This document shows positions 26,806 through 37,157 of a DNA stretch of 64,000 nt, piece after piece; the stretch's first letter is position 1; each line of letters starts with the position of its first letter. A program made the translations under genes and the position numbers. Origin of the DNA: Lachnospiraceae bacterium (GTDB lineage: Bacteria > Bacillota > Clostridia > Lachnospirales > Lachnospiraceae); assembly GCA_024403355.1 (NCBI GenBank), contig JAKSRW010000012.1, forward strand, positions 16,797 through 80,796, read 5' to 3'. The notes beneath the pieces were generated by a model. The model was given only the letters and a program-made list of their open reading frames with translations. It did no database searches and had not been told where the DNA came from.

Positions 26806-29178
26806 TTACAATTCCCGGTAAAAGCTCATTGTAGTCCTAAGCTCTGCCGGCAGCTCTGCACCGTTTTTCTCGATTGCCCGGTAACGAAGCTCCAGCTCAT
26901 GGATTTTCTTTACACGCTCGCGGCCGTTTTTCGAGAAAGCCTCCTCGTAAAGAGGCTGTCTTTGCAGCTGCTTTCTTACCTCACTCTTAAAAGGGCAATA
27001 GGTCGCCAGAATCTCACGGGCAACCTTATTCAGACGTATCGAGCCGGCCGACTCCGCCTTCATCCAAAGCTCGTAATCCATCGTAAATATTCTGCCGAGC
27101 GAATTTCTTCCGCGCTGAATCTGAAGCTTCAGCTTCTCCTTTTTCTCCTCGGAAAGAGCCTTATTTTTACGGAAAAACTGTATATAATCAGAATACTCCG
27201 CCGTAAGCGACTGGTACTGGATATTGTTCCAGTTTGCACCCTGTACGGTTTTGCAAAGCGCCCAGCGGAACTCTCCCATAGCCTTTATCAGCATGTCACG
27301 AAGCGAGGAATAGGTTAACATCGAGCTCATAAAACGGGCCTGACTGTCTCTTTTTCTTCCTGTAATCTCCTGCCACATGATTACATTCGAGCCTACCGTC
27401 GGACAGAGAATGATATCGGGGAATACCTCCTTCTGGATAATTTCCCTCTCGATTCCAAGCTCCGGCTTCACATAAAGTGCCTCACGGTAGAATATCGAAT
27501 AATCAAGCTCAGACAGCTCCAAAATCATGTTATTTATGCGCTTCGGAGAATTGTACGCATCCAGAATATCACCTATCAGCTGCTCCGAATGAAGTATCGG
27601 AACAAACACTGAAAGCTGTCCGTTTACGATACGGTTCACCTTGCTGAACACATTTTTTATCTCATAATCGAGCTTCATCGCCCCGTTGGTCTGAAGCTCC
27701 TTTTCCTTTGCATCATCTATTCTGCCCTGCTTTTTCAGTTCACGCAAAACCTCTGCATAATCCTGGCCGAGCTCATTTCTCGAGGGCTCCTTTTCACCCT
27801 TGCAGATGGCCATCAGCCACTGGCGCATAGTGTAAATATGGCAGGGACTGTTGAAGGTAACGGGCGTAATCCTCAGAAACTGCTCCAGCTCCTCTTTTTC
27901 CAAAAGCCTCTCGCTGAGATAGCCGTAGTCAAGAAAAAGCTCCACCGCCTTAGGAAGTCTTTTCTGACCGAAGGAAGCACCGAAGGCCATCGCATAAAGC
28001 TGGTAAAAATGCTCGCTAAGCCCCTTCCTGAGGGACTTTAAGCGGTCATCCTGTACCGACCTGTCTGGCAGTGCGATAAACTGCTCCAGCATAGGTCTGA
28101 GCTCTGCCACAGCCGCCTCCGGATATCTTGCGAACTTAACAATCTGGTCAAAGGACCCTCGAAGTGACGCCAGCTCCGAAGCAATGTCTGCGGGCTCATC
28201 GCTTTTTTCCCTTTTATTTGTTCTTATGTCTATTCCCTTTGCGGCCTTTTCACGCAGCTGAGCTATTCTGACCTCATCCGTCTCCACCATAAGCTCACGT
28301 CCCGTGCGCGCCGCAAAAAAGCTTTTAACCTCTTCGCCCAGCTCATAACAGCCTTCCGCAAGAGCCATGGCATTCGGTGCCGCAAGCCCGTTTCTTTTCG
28401 CATCCGAGCAAAGCACCAGAAGATTTTTATAAAAACAATCGGATGATTTTCCATACAGAAGATTGAACAGATACTGTATGTTGTCCGCCCTCTCATTGCA
28501 GGCATCGGTCAGAATTTCCTGTACACGGTAAAGCTCCTTAAGCAGTCTGGCTGTGATAAGTACACTTGAAGAATAGAAGTTTTTTATTGTCTCATAGGGC
28601 AGCCTGTCATATTCATGAAGAAGCTCCGGGGTGAAATCAGAATACTCACAAGACCGGTCCGAATTCTCCGCATTCTCATCCAGACGGCTGATGTCAGGCA
28701 TCGGTTCAGGCACGCAGCCTGTGCTTTTTGCCTCAGCCAGATACTCCGCATAGCTTTCCTTAAGAAAGCCCTCCAGCCTGTTCTCAAGCGCTGTCAGAGC
28801 CTTAAGCTGCCTTTCAAGCTCATTTACGAATTTTATCTCAACATATGCCGCAGGACCGCTATATTCCCTGCGCTGGCTCAGAAATTCCTCTAAAAAATCC
28901 GGATTATCAAAAGCGAAGGCATAAATCACGGAGGCTTCCTCGGTTATGGCACAGTAGGAATAGGCCCCGCTTGCAAAATCGCTCACGAAAAGAAGCGCCC
29001 CTGCGCCTACAACAGTTGAAAAGCTGTTATTGTAGACACGGACCTTACCCTTCAGAACAAGATATACCGCTTCTGCCTTTTCCCCTTCTATTGCCAGCAG
29101 TTCTCCTGCCGCCGGCTGATTGTTAGCGTTTAAAATCATCCTTCCTCCTAATGCAACGAATGCAATGATTTCTGCCAA
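26806..29178 (-). CDS. large cyclic-nucleotide-binding (cNMP/Crp-like) domain protein with a ~600-aa uncharacterised C-terminal region
   Basis: N-terminal beta-barrel cNMP-binding signature. The likely true start is the Met at 29139, 14 codons in (MILNANNQ…), which sits just downstream of the repeat-borne SD motif GCATTAGGAGGAAGG. Confidence 0.6.
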   Translation of the reverse strand: MAEIIAFVALGGRMILNANNQPAAGELLAIEGEKAEAVYLVLKGKVRVYNNSFSTVVGAGALLFVSDFASGAYSYCAITEEASVIYAFAFDNPDFLEEFLSQRREYSGPAAYVEIKFVNELERQLKALTALENRLEGFLKESYAEYLAEAKSTGCVPEPMPDISRLDENAENSDRSCEYSDFTPELLHEYDRLPYETIKNFYSSSVLITARLLKELYRVQEILTDACNERADNIQYLFNLLYGKSSDCFYKNLLVLCSDAKRNGLAAPNAMALAEGCYELGEEVKSFFAARTGRELMVETDEVRIAQLREKAAKGIDIRTNKREKSDEPADIASELASLRGSFDQIVKFARYPEAAVAELRPMLEQFIALPDRSVQDDRLKSLRKGLSEHFYQLYAMAFGASFGQKRLPKAVELFLDYGYLSERLLEKEELEQFLRITPVTFNSPCHIYTMRQWLMAICKGEKEPSRNELGQDYAEVLRELKKQGRIDDAKEKELQTNGAMKLDYEIKNVFSKVNRIVNGQLSVFVPILHSEQLIGDILDAYNSPKRINNMILELSELDYSIFYREALYVKPELGIEREIIQKEVFPDIILCPTVGSNVIMWQEITGRKRDSQARFMSSMLTYSSLRDMLIKAMGEFRWALCKTVQGANWNNIQYQSLTAEYSDYIQFFRKNKALSEEKKEKLKLQIQRGRNSLGRIFTMDYELWMKAESAGSIRLNKVAREILATYCPFKSEVRKQLQRQPLYEEAFSKNGRERVKKIHELELRYRAIEKNGAELPAELRTTMSFYREL

Positions 29179-29320
29179 ATGCCCGTCAAATGTGAATAGT
29201 ACACTTACTCAAATTACAGTATACTATAATAGTATACATAATTGCAACAAAAGAAAATGCACCACTGCCGTTTTCACGGCACATGGTGCACTGTAAGGAG
29301 AGTGTTTGTTAAAACCTAAT

Positions 29321-30127
29321 TCATTTCTTTGCGTCAGATACCTGCATTGACTTCTGGTAGCTTGCTGCTGCCGCCTCAGTTCTGGTATATGATGCCGATA
29401 CCTTGATGCTTGTGGTAGTCTGCTTTGCAGCCACAGCAGTAACCGAATTACTGCCTGATGAGCTGTCCTGTGCGGGCGCGCTGCTGCCGCCGAGTGACTC
29501 AATCCACTTATTCATCTTTTCCTCCGTAGCCTTCATGGTATCCTGTGAAAGCTGGGGAAGCTTCTCGCCCCAGGCCTTTTCAGCCTCTTCAAAGCCCTGC
29601 TTGATAGCCTCAAGCATCTTCTTTGCGGCTTCGGGATCGTCCCCTGCGAGAGCCTTTGCAAAATCAACCATTCTGTCAGAGGTCTGTTCTACGCCCCAGT
29701 ATCCATCCTCAGCAATATCCTTCTGAGCCTGGAGTCTGGTTTCTTCATCAACCTCAAGTCCGCGATAAAAGTCTGCGAGCTTTTCTGTGGGAAGCTTTCC
29801 GTCAGCTAAAAGGCTTGTTCCGCCCTGCTTTAAAAGAAGCTTCTCAACGATGCCCCGAAGCGATTCATTTCTCTTCTCCGCATCAGCCTTCAGCCTGTTA
29901 ATCGTATCCATATCTACTTTTCTTTCGGCAGTCTTTGCAGGCTGTTCCTCATTTGCGCTCTTCTCGTAAACTGCTGCCGCACCGTTTGAATCAGCCTTTT
30001 TTGCACTGACCATAGCGACGCTGGTCTCAGTTTTTGTAATTTCTGCAGAAAAACTTACCGACTCATATGAGCCTGCTGCCACCGTAAGATTCGAATTTAC
30101 ACTGTTTACTGCCATATTTACGACCAT
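29321..30127 (-). CDS. hypothetical soluble protein
   Basis: 268 aa. Ala/Ser-rich ends. No recognised motif. Confidence 0.45.
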   Translation of the reverse strand: MVVNMAVNSVNSNLTVAAGSYESVSFSAEITKTETSVAMVSAKKADSNGAAAVYEKSANEEQPAKTAERKVDMDTINRLKADAEKRNESLRGIVEKLLLKQGGTSLLADGKLPTEKLADFYRGLEVDEETRLQAQKDIAEDGYWGVEQTSDRMVDFAKALAGDDPEAAKKMLEAIKQGFEEAEKAWGEKLPQLSQDTMKATEEKMNKWIESLGGSSAPAQDSSSGSNSVTAVAAKQTTTSIKVSASYTRTEAAAASYQKSMQVSDAKK

Positions 30128-30335
30128 CCTTCCTTGAAAGTCAATCCATGAAAAATCCGTTTTTCATCAATCCGATAGGGAATATTTCGAACAGAAAGAA
30201 CCACAATCTGTCTACTCATAAATTATATCGGACAGATCCCCGAAAAACTTTATAGGCATTTTTGAAAAAAAGCAAAAAGAAAAACAGCCATGTAATCATA
30301 GCTGCCCTTCCGCTGTTTATTTCACTTAGACATAA

Positions 30336-30575
30336 TCAGAATACAAGCTCTACATCACGAATAAGTACGTCTGTATAGCTATAGGAAACTGTTTTAATCT
30401 GCTCATCTGCGTCTGAATCAAGTCTTACACAGAAAACGTAGGGATGCATTTCTTCGATAACGCCCTCTGCCTCATCAAAGCGATTACGACCCTGGTTTGT
30501 TCTAACAAGAACTCTCTTGCCCATGTTGTGCTGAATCATGTTGTATACGGTACACATATTAGCCGGTTGTCTCAT
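30336..30575 (-). CDS. veg: Veg-family protein
   Basis: The 79-aa product aligns with B. subtilis Veg (…GKRVLVRTNQGRNRF…VSYSYTDVLIRDVELVF). RBS GAGGAG. The tracked ORF is over-extended at the 5' end. Confidence 0.75.
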   Translation of the reverse strand: MRQPANMCTVYNMIQHNMGKRVLVRTNQGRNRFDEAEGVIEEMHPYVFCVRLDSDADEQIKTVSYSYTDVLIRDVELVF

Positions 30576-31142
30576 TTCGTCTCCTCTTTCCCACTGCCAT
30601 GTTAATATTTGGGGGACTCCCGTATAAGGTCTGCTACCCGACAGCGGGAGCATACAGCCTATCACAACGGATTGTGTCCGGGAAATCCTCATACCACAAG
30701 TACTTGCACATTTTACCATAACGCATAAATAAAGTCAAAACTATGGGGAGCTTTGTTGACGCAAATTTCCGTGTTTTTCAAAAAATATGCACAATTTTAT
30801 CGCCGTCAATTATGCACTTTTACTATCTTAAAATGTATTCCTGCTACAATATATCGTATTTTCTCTGTTAATATTGCACAATTACTTGTGCCTCTTTTTG
30901 TTCATAATTCACAGACTTTTAAAAAATCTCCATATTTTTCACCCAATATCTAGTTAATGGCGCTTTTTTATAATACTACATCTTGTTTTTAAATTTTCGG
31001 ACATTTTAACTAAAGATTTCTTTGATTATATACCTATTATAGTGTATACTGTATCTTGGAAATTAATATTTTAGAATATTTACGATTTTCTGCAACCTTT
31101 TACGGAATGCAGAGTGTTATATATGAAAGGTTAGGTATAAAA

Positions 31143-32642
31143 ATGCAGCTTGCTGATCTTCTTGGCTTTGACCACATTACAATTCAGTGCCACGACAATC
31201 CCGATGCGGATGCACTCGCATCAGGCTATGCCCTCTACACATATTTTAAATCGCTGGAAAAGGACGTGCATTTTATCTACAGCGGCAAGTTCCCGATTCA
31301 GAAGTCGAATCTGAAGCTTATGCTGGAGCATATCAACATTCCCATAGAGTATATTTCTCCGGTGGTAAGTCCCCGCAAGGGTCTGTTAATCACCGTTGAC
31401 TGCTGCTACGGTGAAGGAAATGTGACTCACTTTGATGCTGATGAAATCGCGGTCATCGACCATCATCAGACCTACTGGCCCGGCCCCTATTCAGAGATTA
31501 ATCCCCTGCTTGGCAGCTGTTCCACACTCGTATGGAAGCTGCTTACGGATGCCGGCTTTGATGTAAATACCGACAAAAAGCTCTGTACTGCGCTCTACTA
31601 CGGACTCATGACCGATACCGGCAATTTTGCCGATATTCATTATCCTGTGGACCGTGATATGCAGGACGCTCTTTATTATGACAAGGCATTAATCAGTCTT
31701 TTTGTGAACAGCAATATTTCCATCGACGATATGGTTATCGCAGGAAAGGCAATGATTAATTACACCTTTTATTCGAACTATAAGTGCAGCGTTATTCATG
31801 CGGATGCCTGTGACCCCAATATTCTCGGTCTTATAAGCGATCTGACCCTGCAGGTAGACAAGTTTGATATCTGTCTTGTTTACAACGAGCTTAATGACGG
31901 CTTCAAAATTTCCGTAAGAAGCTGTGTAAAGCACATCCGTGCCAACGAATTTGCAGGCTATATCTGCCGCGGTGTAGGTTCAGGCGGCGGACATTCCGAC
32001 AAGGCCGGCGGCTTTATTTCAAAGACTAAGCTGCAGGAGCTGACAGGCGATCTCATTATCGACAATTTCCTGTCGGAGAGAATTAAAACCTATTACGAGC
32101 AAAGTGAAATCATAGATGTGCGCAACTACACACCCAATACCGACGGCATGCGCCTCTATGCAAAAAAGCGCTTCCAGCTCGGCTATGTGGACCCCACAGA
32201 GTTCCTTCCCATCGGTGCAAGAGTTACGGTTCGTACCATCGAAGGCGATGTGGACCTGCTTGTTGACGGCAGCTATTATATCATGATCAATATCAAGGGC
32301 GAGATTTATCCTCAGAGAATTGACCGCTTCCAGAAATCCTACGAATTCTCCGATGAGCCCTACAACCTTGATACTGAGTACATACCTACCCTTCATTGTC
32401 ATTCAAACGGCTCCGTATACAAGCTCAACCAGTATGCGCACAGCTGCTATGCACATGCAGGAGCAAAAATTCTTGCACGCCCCTGCAATAAGATTGTTAA
32501 AATTTTCACTCTTTGGGATGATGAAAACTATTACCTCGGCAATCCCGATGACTATTTTGCCTGCAGAGTGGATGCCCCCGAGGACATTTACATCATTGCA
32601 AACGATATCTTCAATCTTACATATGATGAGGTAAAAGTTTGA
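31143..32642 (+). CDS. DHH/DHHA1-family phosphoesterase (NrnA-like) with a ~200-aa uncharacterised C-terminal extension
   Basis: DHH motifs (DHITIQCHDNPDADALAS, ITVDCC, IDHHQ) and DHHA1 GGGH (GSGGGHSDKAGG). The tracked ORF starts at a TTG; an ATG at 31143 is preferred. Confidence 0.7.
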   Translation: MQLADLLGFDHITIQCHDNPDADALASGYALYTYFKSLEKDVHFIYSGKFPIQKSNLKLMLEHINIPIEYISPVVSPRKGLLITVDCCYGEGNVTHFDADEIAVIDHHQTYWPGPYSEINPLLGSCSTLVWKLLTDAGFDVNTDKKLCTALYYGLMTDTGNFADIHYPVDRDMQDALYYDKALISLFVNSNISIDDMVIAGKAMINYTFYSNYKCSVIHADACDPNILGLISDLTLQVDKFDICLVYNELNDGFKISVRSCVKHIRANEFAGYICRGVGSGGGHSDKAGGFISKTKLQELTGDLIIDNFLSERIKTYYEQSEIIDVRNYTPNTDGMRLYAKKRFQLGYVDPTEFLPIGARVTVRTIEGDVDLLVDGSYYIMINIKGEIYPQRIDRFQKSYEFSDEPYNLDTEYIPTLHCHSNGSVYKLNQYAHSCYAHAGAKILARPCNKIVKIFTLWDDENYYLGNPDDYFACRVDAPEDIYIIANDIFNLTYDEVKV

Positions 32643-32702
32643 AAATAAATTTCCGGACTGAGTGATTATTTCACCCTGTATTTTTAGAGAAAGGCATAAC
32701 AA

Positions 32703-35700
32703 ATGAGTTTAGAAAATGTACATTATGATGCTTTTATAAGCTACAGACATTCAGAGCATGATATGTTTGTCGCAACAAATCTGCAGAAGAAGCTGGAGGC
32801 CTTCAAGCTTCCCAAGCCCCTGGCGGCAAATGCAAACGGCAAGACACGTATCGAGCGTGTATTCCGTGACCAGGACGAGCTTCCTCTGGCAAGCAATCTG
32901 AGCGACCCTATCGAGGAGGCACTTAAGAATTCCGACTTTCTTATCGTAATCTGCAGTCCCCGTCTTCCCGAGTCTATGTGGTGTAAAAAGGAAATTGAGA
33001 CCTTCGCAGCCCTCCACGGCCGTGACCGCATTCTTGCGGTACTCTGCGAGGGCGAGCCTGCCGAGTCATTTCCTCCCTTCCTGCAGAGTGAAACCGTGGA
33101 AACGGTGAACGAACAGGGCGAGAAAATCCTCGTTACACGTGCCATAGAGCCTCTTGCGGCAGAAGCAAGAGCAAAAACCCAGAAGGAAACCAAAAAGCTT
33201 CTGGATGATGCGGTGCTTCGTATCGCGGCTCCCATTTTCAATCTCAATTATGATGACCTCAAGCAGCGCCATAAGGAGCAGCGTTTTAAAAAGCTCGCGG
33301 CCATCTGGGGCTCCATCAGTGCGGCTGTGCTTATTTTCGCGCTTGTATGTATCATTATGCTTTTCAGAATAAGCGCACAGAACAAAACCATCGAGCAGCG
33401 TAACGCCGAAATTGAGACTCAGAATGCAGAGATTACAAAACAAAATGAAGAAATAACACTGAAGAGTCAGGAAATCCTTAAGCAGAACGAGGAAATATCC
33501 AATAAAAACAATGAGATTTCCAAGCAGAATGATGAGATTACCAGACAGCGTGACGAAATAGCCGCACAGTATATCGCAGCGGCAAAAAACTATGCGGTTT
33601 CAATGGTTTCTGTTTCGGACAGACTTATTTCCGGCGGCCGCAGAATTGATGCAATTGCCGCACTCAGAAATGCAATGCCGGCAAGCATCGACGGGGACGA
33701 GCTTCCCTACAGTGCCGAGGCCCACAGCGCATTGGCAAATCTTACAGAGGCCTACAATGACGGCAGCACATTCATTCCCTCACGCGTAATAGAGACACCT
33801 TTTACAATTTCAAGCTATTCCGTAAGCCCTTCGGGAAAAACCGTTGCCATCTATGATATCGAATTCGGCGTTCAGGTTTTCGACACCACCACAGGCAGGC
33901 TTATTTATGAGAACACCAATGCCAGCGGCGACTACAGCTATTCGGCAACTCTTGTAAATGACAAGAGTCTGATTTTAGACAATAACGGACTTTGCAAAAC
34001 AGACCTCGAAACAGGCGAAGAAAGCAGTTATACAGACAACTATGACTGCTTCAGTTCAATCTTTTCGGTATGGGATTGTATAAGCATGCCTAATTGCGGA
34101 CGCTACATCATTACAGACAATAAAAACATCCTTGTTTTTGATGCTGCAGACGATTCTCTTAAGGCTCAGTTAAATCTTAACGCCGACTTTGAAAACAGTA
34201 CAAGATCTCTTAATTCTGTGGGAATCACAGATGACGGAAAATACCTTTATGCACTGGTTCTGACCAATTATTCGGACAGTCAGGAGCTTTCAATCTATGA
34301 CCTGACAGACGGAAGTCTCTGCAACAGCACACCTCTCGACATTCCGCTTTCAGCTTCAATTGCCAGTGACGGCAAGAGAGTTTTTGTATCCTACCCTTAT
34401 ACCGATCCCAATGTAAAGTATCTTTTCTCGGATGCAAAAATCGAAGCCTACAGTATAAAAACCGGTAAGCTTCTTTGGGAAAACACCTATAAGCAGTATG
34501 GAATTGATTATATAGGTGAAATAACCTACTGCTCTGACGGTGATTATCTGCTCGGCTGCAGTTCTTCAAATTTCGAGTCGATTGACGTCAAAACAGGTGA
34601 AATAATAGAGCATATCAGCCTTGATTCAATGAAAATGAACTACAGTATCCGCAATAACGGACGACTGGTTCTCATTTTCTGCAACGATGAATCAGTATTG
34701 TTATGGTCTCCTCTGACCAACAGATATTATGAGTATACGGACACACTTTATAAGTTTGCGCCCAAAGAAACTATGCTCAGCTGCGGAATGTATGGTTCCA
34801 CAATTATTGTCTGCCCGTCAAACGAGAACTATCTTGCTATCTACGAGCAGTCAAAGGTTGAGCAATTTCCTCTTCTGGGCAATGCACGCAGCTCCGACAG
34901 GCTTTCTGCAAACGGCAAATACGCCGTGCATCAGGCCGGTGACGGTTACTCGGTTTATTCTACGGAAAACGGTCAGGATTTATTTGCAATAGGTGAAACC
35001 GGATACCTGGCACATTTTACGGATGACGGTAAATATCTTGTGAATACAGAAGATGATGTTGTAAATATTTTTGATATCGCAGAGGCTAAGCTTTCACACA
35101 GCATATATCTTCCCGACCTCACAAGCATTAATGCCGAAACCTGCATGTCACCTACCGGCAAATATGTTGAAATAACAGAGCGCGGAAGCGACTATTCAAT
35201 TATCGGAAAAGATATTTTCTTAACAGAAAGCGGTGATTTTGTTACATCAGCCCCCGCAAACAGGGATACAATTCTTACCTTTGCGGATGGCCGCGATATT
35301 TACGCAAGCACCTATTCAGCAGCCGCCAACAGCAATACTTCTTCTGTTAAGCTTTATAATTTCGGTGCTGACGAGCCCTACGCAGAGAAGGAGCTTGATA
35401 TCAGATTCCTTTCCGATATGTTTTTCACCGATGATGCGAAATACCTCTTTGCAGAGTATAATAACAGTACAATTGAGATATATGACACAGATTCGCTTCA
35501 GCTTGTAAATACCCATTATGGTATTTCAAAGAAGCCTATGTCCGCACACTATATCAAAGAACATGATATATACGGCTTATTCTTCGGCGATGAAATGTAT
35601 CTTCTCAACAGCAGCATGGAAGTAATTTCCAAAATCACCGGTGCACACAAATATGATGCGGAGCATGATGCCTTCGTTATCTTCGTTGATGACGAAATCA

Positions 35701-35807
35701 GCTATGCACCTTATATGAGCTATGAGGATATTATTGCCAAAGCGGATGCAATTCTTGACGGATATGAAATCCCTGCCCGCATCAAGGCTGAAAACGGTAT
35801 AAAATAA
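32703..35807 (+). CDS. TIR-domain protein with a TM helix, a heptad coiled coil and a large C-terminal beta-propeller (WD40/PQQ-like)
   Basis: N-terminal TIR (YDAFISYRHSEHD…FRDQDELPLASN…WCKKEIE). TM AAIWGSISAAVLIFALVCIIMLF. Repeats QNAEITKQNEEIT…QNDEIT. About eight xS/TxDGKY beta-strand repeat signatures. Confidence 0.75.
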   Translation: MSLENVHYDAFISYRHSEHDMFVATNLQKKLEAFKLPKPLAANANGKTRIERVFRDQDELPLASNLSDPIEEALKNSDFLIVICSPRLPESMWCKKEIETFAALHGRDRILAVLCEGEPAESFPPFLQSETVETVNEQGEKILVTRAIEPLAAEARAKTQKETKKLLDDAVLRIAAPIFNLNYDDLKQRHKEQRFKKLAAIWGSISAAVLIFALVCIIMLFRISAQNKTIEQRNAEIETQNAEITKQNEEITLKSQEILKQNEEISNKNNEISKQNDEITRQRDEIAAQYIAAAKNYAVSMVSVSDRLISGGRRIDAIAALRNAMPASIDGDELPYSAEAHSALANLTEAYNDGSTFIPSRVIETPFTISSYSVSPSGKTVAIYDIEFGVQVFDTTTGRLIYENTNASGDYSYSATLVNDKSLILDNNGLCKTDLETGEESSYTDNYDCFSSIFSVWDCISMPNCGRYIITDNKNILVFDAADDSLKAQLNLNADFENSTRSLNSVGITDDGKYLYALVLTNYSDSQELSIYDLTDGSLCNSTPLDIPLSASIASDGKRVFVSYPYTDPNVKYLFSDAKIEAYSIKTGKLLWENTYKQYGIDYIGEITYCSDGDYLLGCSSSNFESIDVKTGEIIEHISLDSMKMNYSIRNNGRLVLIFCNDESVLLWSPLTNRYYEYTDTLYKFAPKETMLSCGMYGSTIIVCPSNENYLAIYEQSKVEQFPLLGNARSSDRLSANGKYAVHQAGDGYSVYSTENGQDLFAIGETGYLAHFTDDGKYLVNTEDDVVNIFDIAEAKLSHSIYLPDLTSINAETCMSPTGKYVEITERGSDYSIIGKDIFLTESGDFVTSAPANRDTILTFADGRDIYASTYSAAANSNTSSVKLYNFGADEPYAEKELDIRFLSDMFFTDDAKYLFAEYNNSTIEIYDTDSLQLVNTHYGISKKPMSAHYIKEHDIYGLFFGDEMYLLNSSMEVISKITGAHKYDAEHDAFVIFVDDEISYAPYMSYEDIIAKADAILDGYEIPARIKAENGIK

Positions 35808-36496
35808 TGAATCTCAGATATGAAACAAAAAGACTCATCCTGGCGGCCGGCAATGATAGTATGGCCGGCGCCGTGGCTGATTATCTTACGAGAAACCGTG
35901 AGGATTTTTCGAGATACGATGTCGAAATGTCAGATGAGTATTACACCGCCGACTATCAGGCCAGAGCCCTGAAGGCTGAGCTGCATCTTTTACTGCGCTC
36001 GGCGGGCTGCCGCTTCTACCTCTTTTTGAAGAAGCCCTCGGACGATATCAGGCTTTCAGAGCTTCGTGCAAGCGCCGGTATCGACTCATTTTCCGGAACC
36101 GATACCTTCGGGGCCTCCCGACAAAAGGAGGAGCTTTATAATAAATACGCCTCCGAGCTGAGCAGGATTTCGTTAGATAAACGCAGAATTATCGGTAATA
36201 TCAGCTTTGCTTACCTTAACGGTGAGGACGGTCACCAATGCACTCTCGGCTACAAAATAGACAGTGACTACCGCCGCAGGGGCTACGCCTACGAGGCTGC
36301 CTCATTTTTACTTGATATCGTAACAAGCGAATTTTCAGGCATAAATCTGATAGAGGCGGATATCCTTCCCGAAAACAGGGCCTCCCTGGCACTTATTAAA
36401 AAGCTGAAATTTGAATACACCGGTCTTAAAAGAAGCGGCCACAATATAGCCGGCATGGACCGTGACAATTTAAAATTCGCATGGATACGCAGCTGA
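35807..36496 (+). CDS. GNAT-family N-acetyltransferase
   Basis: Start overlaps the stop of the TIR gene (ATGA). Acetyl-CoA-binding-type motif (…RRRGYAYEAA…). Confidence 0.65.
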   Translation: MNLRYETKRLILAAGNDSMAGAVADYLTRNREDFSRYDVEMSDEYYTADYQARALKAELHLLLRSAGCRFYLFLKKPSDDIRLSELRASAGIDSFSGTDTFGASRQKEELYNKYASELSRISLDKRRIIGNISFAYLNGEDGHQCTLGYKIDSDYRRRGYAYEAASFLLDIVTSEFSGINLIEADILPENRASLALIKKLKFEYTGLKRSGHNIAGMDRDNLKFAWIRS

Positions 36497-36548
36497 TTTT
36501 TCAGTCTCTGTATCCAAAAGACAACTATATTTAGTAAATGGAATTATT

Positions 36549-37130
36549 ATGACTGCAAAAAATAATAGCGCATCAAAGAAAACTATTGAAGATAGGGCAA
36601 AAGAAGATATAAAATATATGAAAAAGGCACTGGCACAGGCCAAATGTGCCATAAAGCTCGGTGAGGTTCCCATCGGCTGCGTAATAGTCTGCGACGGCAA
36701 AATCGTAGGCCGCGGCTTTAATAAGCGCAATACCAGAAAAACCACCCTTGCCCATGCGGAAATTACCGCGATAGATAAGGCCAGCAGAAAGCTTGGTGAC
36801 TGGCGACTCGAGGGATGCACGATGTATGTCACGCTTGAGCCCTGCCAGATGTGCTCAGGTGCCATCGTCCAGTCCAGAATCGACCGCGTGGTAATCGGTG
36901 CCATGAATCCGAAAGCGGGCTGCGCAGGCTCTATTCTGAACCTTCTGAACCGCCCCGAATTCAATCATCAGGTGGAAATCACCTACGATGTATGTGCCGA
37001 ATTAAGCTGTGAAATTCTGCAGCTTTTCTTCACTGACCTGCGTAAACGCAACAAGGCAGAAAAGGAAGCCCGAAAAAAGGCCGAGCAGGCAGCCGCCGAA
37101 GCTGCCGGGGAGTCAGAAGTTCAGTCCTGA
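36549..37130 (+). CDS. tadA: tRNA-specific adenosine deaminase
   Basis: HAE…PCxMC zinc-deaminase signature (LAHAEITAI…TLEPCQMCSGAI). Confidence 0.85.
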   Translation: MTAKNNSASKKTIEDRAKEDIKYMKKALAQAKCAIKLGEVPIGCVIVCDGKIVGRGFNKRNTRKTTLAHAEITAIDKASRKLGDWRLEGCTMYVTLEPCQMCSGAIVQSRIDRVVIGAMNPKAGCAGSILNLLNRPEFNHQVEITYDVCAELSCEILQLFFTDLRKRNKAEKEARKKAEQAAAEAAGESEVQS

Positions 37131-37157
37131 AGCAAATGAGAAAGGATTCCGTTTGAT

